Below, in pieces: positions 17,989 to 25,417 of a stretch of 64,000 nt of DNA. The notes beneath the pieces were generated by a model, which saw only the letters and a program-made list of their open reading frames with translations, was not told where the DNA came from and ran no database searches. Positions within the stretch are counted from its first letter, which is position 1. Each line of letters opens with the position of its first letter. Source of the stretch: Candidatus Eutrophovita brisbanensis (GTDB taxonomy: Bacteria > Pseudomonadota > Gammaproteobacteria > Burkholderiales > Eutrophovitaceae); the NCBI GenBank assembly GCA_038147395.1, contig JAYQTM010000001.1, positions 577,437-641,436 on the forward strand, in the 5' to 3' direction. The position numbers and the translations under genes were made by a program.

Positions 17989-19766
17989 ACGTATTTACCC
18001 TCGCTCCCTCCGTGCTTGGTGCAGTGCTACTCGCGGTTATCGTTGCTACGATCATCATTTATTTATTGAACCCGCCAATTCTGAATCGCGTTGTGGCCTC
18101 AAATCTTATTTGGCGGAGGGTCATTGAAAGCACTCGAGTTTTGCATGATCGCTGGAGGTGGTGGCTTTCACTACTGCTGGCGTTGCTTATCATCATCATG
18201 ATCATAGCCTCTGCGGGGAGATTGTCGTTCGGTACGGAAGGTTCAGATCGAATCTTGGTTGTGTTGGATAACTCACCATCAATGGCAGCTCTGACCGATA
18301 GCGGTGAGACTAGATTCGCTTTAGCAAAGGATGCGGCAGCCTCTCTAATCGGCTCCTACAGTAATGACGTGCCGGTCATGATTGTTGACACTCAAAGACA
18401 GATCATTACGCCATCTTTTCAGCCGAGTGCTGTCGCTATAGAAGAGATTGAGAATATTACCTTGAGTGATGGGTTGGACCCAATTGTCCCGTCTGTGGTG
18501 GCGAATGTTGATGTCTCAGAAAAGTTTGTGTTCACGGATGGCGTGCTTTTGGGTTCAGTTCCTGACGAATATGAAGTAATTTCGTTTTTCAAACCTATCC
18601 CGAATATAGGTATTACAAAGTTCTCTTTTAGTGGTGTTCCCGGTGACTTATCTAGGAGAGAAGCGCTGGTTGAGCTAATGAATGCAGGTGGTGAAGAACA
18701 AGTTGTCAAGGTCGAGCTCAGTCAAAAAAATGCTGATTCGTTGATCACTCAGATCAGGATGGCTCCCTTTGAAGTAAAACGCCATGTTTTTGACGCGTCA
18801 CGATTAACGAGTGGTCCTGCGAAGGTGACTGTCATTGCCGATAATGATGGCTTTGATGCTGATGACACCGCATTCAGCTATGTCGCGACGAAGCGTAACA
18901 TTCGGGTTGGATTGATCACGAGTGATGAGCAATCGAGCCTTTATTCACTTCTACCGCTTGTCCCTCGAGTCGACGTCACAAAAATAACGCAAGAGGCAAT
19001 TCAGACTGATCAAGCGCAATTAAATTTTGACGTCTTGATTTACGAGGGCGTCGCGGTGACAGAGCGTCCAAAGATACCAGCGATCATATTTGGACTCTCA
19101 AATGGCTCGGATGGATTGGCGCTTATAAAAAGTCAAAGCTCTCAATTGCGGGTAAACAAATCTTCTGAGCATGAAATCTTAGAGGGCGTATCGTTAACCG
19201 ATTTGGTCATTGGGGATACGTTCCTCTTGGCCGACCGAGTGCAGGGCAAGTCGTTGATCGAGGCTGAGGGTGAAGGAGCCGTCGCTGTTGTGACTTCGGG
19301 GGATCCTCGCACTCTGTTGTTTGGCTTTAATGTCCGCGATTCTAATTTACGTCTTCTAGCCGACTTTCCGATACTTCTTTCAAATGCGTTGACTTGGTTG
19401 GTTGATGAGCCGGAGCTTATTTACGCTAAACCCGGGGCGATTCAGCTGCCGTTTAACGTGGCGCAGGTTTTCGCGCTTGATGGAGAGTCGCTAGAGGTGT
19501 GGCATGCTGACAATCATGCTTACATCGAGACCGCCGCGCCGGGCCTGTACACCGCGTTTTCTTCAGAGGGGCCGCTTAGAATTTCAGTGTCTAATTTGGA
19601 GGTGCGCTACAGTAATGTGAATAATTCTCGATTATCAAATATAGAGTTTGGCGATTTGCCGACGAGTACAGGTAATCGATATTCATTGCCCCTTATATTA
19701 GCTTTTATTGCCTTCGGTCTTCTGCTCATTGAGTGGGGTCTGTACCACCGAAGGATTACTCAATGA
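17985..19766 (+). CDS. BatA_N (N-terminal double-TM, TIGR02226-like) membrane protein with VWA-like module and C-terminal TM anchor
   Basis: N-terminus MNVFTLAPSVLGAVLLAVIVATIIIYLLNPP plus a second TM. RILVVLDNSPSMAA is DxSxS. C-terminal LPLILAFIAFGLLLIEWGLYHRR. ATGA overlap with DUF58. Confidence 0.75.
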   Translation: MNVFTLAPSVLGAVLLAVIVATIIIYLLNPPILNRVVASNLIWRRVIESTRVLHDRWRWWLSLLLALLIIIMIIASAGRLSFGTEGSDRILVVLDNSPSMAALTDSGETRFALAKDAAASLIGSYSNDVPVMIVDTQRQIITPSFQPSAVAIEEIENITLSDGLDPIVPSVVANVDVSEKFVFTDGVLLGSVPDEYEVISFFKPIPNIGITKFSFSGVPGDLSRREALVELMNAGGEEQVVKVELSQKNADSLITQIRMAPFEVKRHVFDASRLTSGPAKVTVIADNDGFDADDTAFSYVATKRNIRVGLITSDEQSSLYSLLPLVPRVDVTKITQEAIQTDQAQLNFDVLIYEGVAVTERPKIPAIIFGLSNGSDGLALIKSQSSQLRVNKSSEHEILEGVSLTDLVIGDTFLLADRVQGKSLIEAEGEGAVAVVTSGDPRTLLFGFNVRDSNLRLLADFPILLSNALTWLVDEPELIYAKPGAIQLPFNVAQVFALDGESLEVWHADNHAYIETAAPGLYTAFSSEGPLRISVSNLEVRYSNVNNSRLSNIEFGDLPTSTGNRYSLPLILAFIAFGLLLIEWGLYHRRITQ

Positions 19767-19778
19767 TGCTCTAGAGAC

Positions 19779-22346
19779 ATGTTAGTTTTTGAAAACCCAC
19801 ACGCGCTATGGTTGTTGCTAATCCTTCCCCTACTCTGGTGGTTAGCATTGCGTACGTCGACCACACTATCTCGAATTCATCTTTCTTGGCTCTCTGTTGT
19901 CCGTACCCTCGTGATGCTCTCTATTGTTGTTGGTTTGTCCCAGCCGGTGGTTCGCTATCCTGGGCAGGATTTATCGGTGGTGTATGCGCTTGATGCATCG
20001 CGAAGCGTTTCTCCTGAATTTTTAGATAAGTCATTAACGTGGGTAGATGAGTTCGAGCAGAAATACTCCCCCAGTGCGTCAAAAATCATTGTTTTCGGTG
20101 AGAATCGGGCGGTTGTGAACACGACAGGAGAGGTTCGTAATTTATCGGTTTCAGATTCGTCAGAACAAAGTCAGTCCAGCGAGCATGTCGAGCAGTCGGC
20201 GACCAATATCGAGGCAGCTGTTGACGAGGCGCTTGCTCTACTAGAGCCAGGAACGATTAAACGGATTGTTCTTTTTTCTGATGGAAATCAGACGGAAGGG
20301 TCCTTATTAGATACTGTTAGCTCTTCTAGAAAGGTGGACGCAAGAATTTATCCAATGGTGGCTGATGCGTCTCAAGTGCAAGACTTTTGGATTGACAATG
20401 TTGAGCTGCCACAACGTTGCCGAGCTGGGGAACCGGTTATTGCCAGTGTGAGTGTGCATAGCCCAGATGAGACAAAAGCCACACTAGCGATCAGTGCCAA
20501 TGGCGAAACTATTGGTGGACTTGAAGCGGAGCTTCGTGGGGGTGTAAATGAGGTATCGGTTCCGATCAAATTTTCGGTGGACGGCGCTGTTGATGTACTT
20601 GTTCAACTTGATGCTCCTGGAGACACCTATAAGGACAACAATGTTTCTCGCATCAATATGTGGGTTGAGCCTGAGGCAAGGGTGCTGTACGTGGAGGGTA
20701 TGAAGGGAACATCTCAATTTTTGAAGGATGCCCTCACATCAGATGGATTTAACGTCGATGTAAAAGGCGCTATGCCAACGGATGGTTGGGCAGAGCGGTA
20801 TGATGCAGTGATTTTGTCTGATGTCTTAGCGGGCTCATTGCCACCAGCGTTGATGTCGGAGATCCAGTCTTATGTTCGAGATTCAGGCGGTGGGCTTATA
20901 TTTGCGGGTGGTGAAAATACCTTTGGCGAAGAAGGGTACTCAGACACGACGCTTGAAAGCGTCTTGCCCGCTGAATTTAAAATTCAAGAGAAACGAAAAG
21001 ATATTGCGATTGTGATTGCGATTGACCGATCCTACAGTATGAAGGGTCGAAAAATTGAGTACGCGAAAGAAGCGGCGCGTGCCTCGTTAGATCTCTTGGA
21101 GGAACAGCACTATTTCGGTGTCGTTGCGTTTGATTCACAGCCCTATGTGCCGGTTCCTGTCGAGCCGGTTAAGTCGAAGAGAAAAGCTGAGGCGCTAATT
21201 AGCCGGATTCAGGCTAGTGGACAAACAAATATTTATCCAGCGCTTGGTATTGTTTACCGTTTGTTGAGGGATTTAGACGCCCCAACAAAGCACGTGATTC
21301 TTTTGTCGGACGGTGATACGGCGCCAGCTGAATTTGAGCGCTTGGTGGAGCGAATGAAAGAGAAAAATATCGTGATCTCGACCGTGACGATCGGCGAGGG
21401 CGGAAATCCTGGGTTAATGCGCCAAATCGCTGATTGGGGTAATGGTAGAAATTACATGGCCGTTTCTGCTGAATCAATTCCTCAAATTTTTACTGAAGAG
21501 ACCAAGAAGGTTGTGAGTACCAGTCTGGTTGAGCAAGACATCTTGTCAGTCGTAAAGCAGCCGATAGAGGCGATGGAAGGTATTGATCTTTCAGCTGCCC
21601 CACCGCTCAAGGGACACGTTGCCGTCAAAGCTAAGGATACTGCTGAAGTCATCCTCGCGACCCAAGAGGGCGCACCGCTTTTGACTCGTTGGCAGTATGG
21701 GTTAGGAAAAACTTTATTGTTCACTTCAGACGTGAAAAATCGGTGGTCGTCTGATTGGATTGAATGGGAGGGTTATGGGCAGTTTTGGTCACAATTGACC
21801 CGAGGCGTTGTAAAACAGCTTGGGTCAGATACCGTTTTTTTTAGTGCTGCTAAAGATGGCAAGTTGGCCGTTTTTGATCTGACGCTTCTTACTGAAGATG
21901 GTGAATTTGTGAACGGGTTGCAACCGACACTCGAGATCAACCGCGGAGAGAGTCCGCAAATTCTCCCGATGACGCAAATATCCCCGGGGCATTATCAACT
22001 GAGGACACCCTTCGTTTCGCAAAATCCCGTTTCTGGCGTATTGACTGAGGGTGGTGGCGTGACCCAAAAGATGACTCGAGCTGCTGGGTCGAGGTCAGTT
22101 TTTCCAGGATTTCCTGATGAATATCGATTTATTGGCCCAAACATTGAACTCCTCAATGCGGTTGCCGAGTCTACCGGAGGGCGTGTTGGTGCGTCTTCAT
22201 CTGAGATTGCTGACCCAGGAGAGGATCTTGCATACAAGAGACTTTATCTATGGCCATTTTTACTTTTTACAGCAGCATTTCTATACCTCTGTGAACTTTT
22301 TTTGAGGCGCTCTCCAGTTATTTGGCGTCGGTTCTCGGGACAGTAA
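19779..22346 (+). CDS. BatA_N membrane protein with two VWA (MIDAS) modules flanking a GATase1-like domain
   Basis: N-terminus MLVFENPHALWLLLILPLLWWLALR. VVYALDASRSVS...VLFSDGNQTEG is VWA1. RVLYVEGMKGTSQFL...YDAVILSDV...GGGLIFAGGENTFG is class-I amidotransferase-like. IAIDRSYSMKG...ILLSDGDTAP is VWA2. There is a C-terminal TM. Confidence 0.78.
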   Translation: MLVFENPHALWLLLILPLLWWLALRTSTTLSRIHLSWLSVVRTLVMLSIVVGLSQPVVRYPGQDLSVVYALDASRSVSPEFLDKSLTWVDEFEQKYSPSASKIIVFGENRAVVNTTGEVRNLSVSDSSEQSQSSEHVEQSATNIEAAVDEALALLEPGTIKRIVLFSDGNQTEGSLLDTVSSSRKVDARIYPMVADASQVQDFWIDNVELPQRCRAGEPVIASVSVHSPDETKATLAISANGETIGGLEAELRGGVNEVSVPIKFSVDGAVDVLVQLDAPGDTYKDNNVSRINMWVEPEARVLYVEGMKGTSQFLKDALTSDGFNVDVKGAMPTDGWAERYDAVILSDVLAGSLPPALMSEIQSYVRDSGGGLIFAGGENTFGEEGYSDTTLESVLPAEFKIQEKRKDIAIVIAIDRSYSMKGRKIEYAKEAARASLDLLEEQHYFGVVAFDSQPYVPVPVEPVKSKRKAEALISRIQASGQTNIYPALGIVYRLLRDLDAPTKHVILLSDGDTAPAEFERLVERMKEKNIVISTVTIGEGGNPGLMRQIADWGNGRNYMAVSAESIPQIFTEETKKVVSTSLVEQDILSVVKQPIEAMEGIDLSAAPPLKGHVAVKAKDTAEVILATQEGAPLLTRWQYGLGKTLLFTSDVKNRWSSDWIEWEGYGQFWSQLTRGVVKQLGSDTVFFSAAKDGKLAVFDLTLLTEDGEFVNGLQPTLEINRGESPQILPMTQISPGHYQLRTPFVSQNPVSGVLTEGGGVTQKMTRAAGSRSVFPGFPDEYRFIGPNIELLNAVAESTGGRVGASSSEIADPGEDLAYKRLYLWPFLLFTAAFLYLCELFLRRSPVIWRRFSGQ

Positions 22347-22444
22347 CTTTTCCCTACTTGTTGAACTTGTTATCATCGATATCGAGCCACGACTAATAGC
22401 GTTTCACGCAGTCGTTAGGATTGTTGCATCCACGAGGAGTTTGA

Positions 22445-23905
22445 ATGTTATTCGCGCGAATTGCTTTAATCATTTTTGTCATTTTCTCGACCCCGTCGTT
22501 TGGTCAGGTGGACGAGGCGATCCAGGCCTATGAGTCGGGTGATTATGTCAACGCATTTCGTACCATCGAGGCTGCTGCAAAAGATGGGCAAGCAAACGCA
22601 CAATTTTATCTTGGGGAATCTTATTTTAACGGCCGAGGGGCGCCACAGGATTTCTCTCAGGCCATTCGCTGGTATGAAAAAAGTGCGAAGCAAGGGTATC
22701 AAGATGCACAGATGAAACTGGGCAACCTGTACCTGACCGGAAAATATGTAGAAAAGGACGCCTCTTTGGGCGCCAGTTGGTATTTAAAGGCTGCGCTCAG
22801 CGGTAACACTGAGGCGGCGCTCATTGCGGGCTCGCTTTATTTTGACGGTCAAGAGGTCCCAAAAGACGTCAATAAAGCAATTGCCGCTTATGAAGTTTCG
22901 GCTAAAGCGGGGGATGTCGATTCTCATGAAATGTTGGGATACATTTATTTCTCTGGAATACTTGGAACACCAGACTACACAAATGCGTTTAAGTGGTACG
23001 TCAAAGCGGCGGAAGACGGACGCGTATATCCCAAATTTGCGTTGGGGTGGATGTATTACAACGGGAAAGGAGCTCAAAAAAATCTTGCTCAAGCAGCCTC
23101 TTATTTGAAGCAAGCAGCGGATTTGGGAAGCATACAAGCAAGTACTTTGGTTGCTTTTATGTATTCCAAGGGCGAGGGTGTGGAAATCAACTCTGCCTTG
23201 GCGTTTGAATACTTGAAAAAATCAGCTGAGGGTGGAGACGCCGCTTCATATGCAACGCTTGCGTGGGCATATTATCAGGGCGATGGTGTCGATAAAGATC
23301 CAAAGAAGGCGTTTGAATGGTTCAAGAAAGCATCCAAGTCGGAAGATAGTCAGTCCGCATTTATGGTTGCCTACATGCTCCAACAAGGTGATGGCGTTGT
23401 AAAAAGCGCCCGTGACGCCATCGGTTGGTACGAGACTGCCGCCAGTGCTGGGTATGCCGAAGCACATGGTGCGCTTGGTCATATTTATTTCTTCGGTGAT
23501 GAGGGGGTTCCCCCCAATCATAGAGAAGCGATGAAGTGGTACCGTCCAGTCGCTGAATCTGGTGATGCATATGCTCAGTACATGATGGGCTTCATTTGCG
23601 AGCAGGGAAAAAATGTTCCCCATAAGCCTGATGAGGCGGTGAAATGGTTTTCGTTGGCAGCTAATCAAGGTGACTTATCATCACAAATTCGATTGGCTTG
23701 GATGTTTTACGAGGGAAGCGGTATTGCAAAGGACCTAGTCCTCTCTTACATGTGGAGTAATCTTGCTGCCACAGCGAGTAAAGGAGAGGAAAGAGAACAG
23801 CTGGAGAATCTAAGAAATTATATTGCGACGGTTTTATCGCCGGATGAGTTGAAACTCGCCCAGAAGAAAACAAGAGAATGGAAGCCAGCGTCTCAGCCCA
23901 ATTAA
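22445..23905 (+). CDS. Exported Sel1-like repeat (SLR/TPR-like) protein, ~11 tandem repeats
   Basis: Signal peptide MLFARIALIIFVIFSTPSFGQ. About eleven contiguous ~36-aa units of the form G.a.AqyxLGxxYxxGxGVxxDxxxAxxWyxkAAxx. Confidence 0.88.
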   Translation: MLFARIALIIFVIFSTPSFGQVDEAIQAYESGDYVNAFRTIEAAAKDGQANAQFYLGESYFNGRGAPQDFSQAIRWYEKSAKQGYQDAQMKLGNLYLTGKYVEKDASLGASWYLKAALSGNTEAALIAGSLYFDGQEVPKDVNKAIAAYEVSAKAGDVDSHEMLGYIYFSGILGTPDYTNAFKWYVKAAEDGRVYPKFALGWMYYNGKGAQKNLAQAASYLKQAADLGSIQASTLVAFMYSKGEGVEINSALAFEYLKKSAEGGDAASYATLAWAYYQGDGVDKDPKKAFEWFKKASKSEDSQSAFMVAYMLQQGDGVVKSARDAIGWYETAASAGYAEAHGALGHIYFFGDEGVPPNHREAMKWYRPVAESGDAYAQYMMGFICEQGKNVPHKPDEAVKWFSLAANQGDLSSQIRLAWMFYEGSGIAKDLVLSYMWSNLAATASKGEEREQLENLRNYIATVLSPDELKLAQKKTREWKPASQPN

Positions 23906-23906
23906 A

Positions 23907-25094
23907 CTACTCTCCTGTTACTCTGTACGTATCAACCACATCCCAATCCAGCTCAATACCCAACCCTGGCTCCTCCGATAAAACGATCTCTCCCGTTCCT
24001 GGATCTGGTGATAACGGATTGACCACCAATTGATTCATTAGGGCGTGAGCTGGAAATACTGTCTCCGCCATACTGCCATTTTTAATTGCACCTAGAAGGT
24101 GCACTCCAGCTGCAACAGCTACAGCAGAGCCATGTATGTGTGGTGCGACAGGAAGGTTTGCTGCCTGAGCAAGGTGTGCGATCTTTAGGCATTCCGTGAG
24201 GCCGCCAGACCATGCGACGTCAGGTTGGACAAAATGGACGGCTCGACAAGCAATATATCGTTGAAAATCGATGGTGCCATAGCTGCAGGTTTCGTATCCT
24301 GCGATGGGGATGTCAACCCTTCGCGCGACCTCTTGACTTCCCTTGACGTCGTCCGGCCAGACAGGCTCCTCGAACCAGTAGATATCATACGGTTCCATTT
24401 TTTTACCCATTCGGATTGCCGTGGCAACATCCCAAGCACCATTTGCGTCAACACAGAGTTTTAGGTCTGGTCCTATTGTTTGTCGGACAAGAGCAATGCG
24501 CTCAATATCGCGTTCTAGACTTACTTCCGCAATGCCGCAATCTTCTGAGGCTCGCAGTGGCGATAGTTCTACACCGCTATTGCGCCCGACTTTCATCTTG
24601 ACCGCTCGAAAACCGGCATGGACATAGGATTTCATTTCATTTTCAAGTACGGATAGATTGTCGTCGCGTGTGTAAAAGCCACCGGTCGCGTAAGCAGGCA
24701 CTCGCTTCCTGTATCCGCCCATCAAACGCCAACAGGGAAGTCCCGTCGCTTTTCCTTTTAAATCCCAAAGTGCGATGTCAAGTCCGCTAATCGCTGCGAT
24801 CAGCGCACCACCCCGAGCGTGCTTATAAGCACGTTTATGCATACGATCCCAAAGAAGCTCGGTGTTAATGGGGTCACTTCCGATGAGGTACGGTTTCAAC
24901 TCGTGATCAATGAGATGTGCAGTGGATGCCATTGGTCCGCCGAAATGAGCTGCTTCACCAATTCCGTACTCACCAGTGTCGGTCACTATTTGCACCAGCA
25001 AGGCTGGTTTGTTTTTCATGGTGTAGTTTGCGTCGTATACCGTCTCGTTGAGTGGTGCTTCTACGGGTATCGTTCGAATCTCTGTTATTCTCAT
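23907..25094 (-). CDS. Enolase-superfamily enzyme (mandelate racemase/muconate lactonizing family, acid-sugar dehydratase-like), copy 1
   Basis: KMKVGR, CVDANGAW, YWFEEPVWPDD, IAGYETC and VQPDVAWSGGLTE motifs of the MR/MLE barrel. 395 aa. Confidence 0.85.
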   Translation of the reverse strand: MRITEIRTIPVEAPLNETVYDANYTMKNKPALLVQIVTDTGEYGIGEAAHFGGPMASTAHLIDHELKPYLIGSDPINTELLWDRMHKRAYKHARGGALIAAISGLDIALWDLKGKATGLPCWRLMGGYRKRVPAYATGGFYTRDDNLSVLENEMKSYVHAGFRAVKMKVGRNSGVELSPLRASEDCGIAEVSLERDIERIALVRQTIGPDLKLCVDANGAWDVATAIRMGKKMEPYDIYWFEEPVWPDDVKGSQEVARRVDIPIAGYETCSYGTIDFQRYIACRAVHFVQPDVAWSGGLTECLKIAHLAQAANLPVAPHIHGSAVAVAAGVHLLGAIKNGSMAETVFPAHALMNQLVVNPLSPDPGTGEIVLSEEPGLGIELDWDVVDTYRVTGE

Positions 25095-25142
25095 TAGGAA
25101 ATTTTCAGATAATCTATATTCATTTAGGTTACTTAACGATTT

Positions 25143-25166
25143 TTAATCTGATTAATTTTTAATCAG
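25143..25166. promoter_or_regulatory. Operator-like palindrome, three TTAATC half-sites
   Basis: TTAATC-T-GATTAA-TTT-TTAATC. Contains the perfect IR ctgattaa/ttaatcag. Lies 50-70 nt upstream of the MR/MLE copy-1 start (25094, minus strand). Confidence 0.3.
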
Positions 25167-25218
25167 CATAAACAAAGTTGAGACGCAGTAACAAAAAAAC
25201 TTTGTATCAATTAAAAAG

Positions 25219-25250
25219 TTTTCCACGTTATCCACATTTTTTGTGGATAG
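25219..25250. promoter_or_regulatory. Cluster of three DnaA-box-like 9-mers forming an 8-bp-arm palindrome
   Basis: TTTTCCACG (7/9), TTATCCACA (9/9 consensus R box, 25228-25236), then T-rich spacer and TGTGGATAG (8/9, inverted, 25242-25250). Sits in a 323-nt AT-rich intergenic region. Confidence 0.3.
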
Positions 25251-25417
25251 ACGTCATCAATCTTTCCCTTCTCGATGCTAAATGTGAGTTAAACCTCTCG
25301 GTTATAAATAATGCTTTAATTCCGAAACAAAAAATAAAAGTATTTTTTACTGTTAATTTGGAATATTGAGACTTGTCAATTTGATCGATTTGTTTTGGGT
25401 CGTGTTGCAAAAACAAT

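Noticed and set aside
25178-25369. 63-aa ORF (non-ATG start) and a 77-aa minus-strand ORF in the AT-rich gap between the LarA-like and MR/MLE genes
   Set aside because: Low-complexity, AT-driven composition (K/N/F/I rich), no RBS and no ATG start. Better explained as regulatory intergenic DNA.
25095-25417. Possibility that the AT-rich gap with DnaA boxes is the chromosomal origin (oriC)
   Set aside because: There are only three clustered boxes. I see no array of AT-rich 13-mers and no GATC clustering. The flanking genes are metabolic and co-directional, and the usual oriC neighbours (dnaA, gidA/mnmG, etc.) are absent. Kept only as a local DnaA-box finding.
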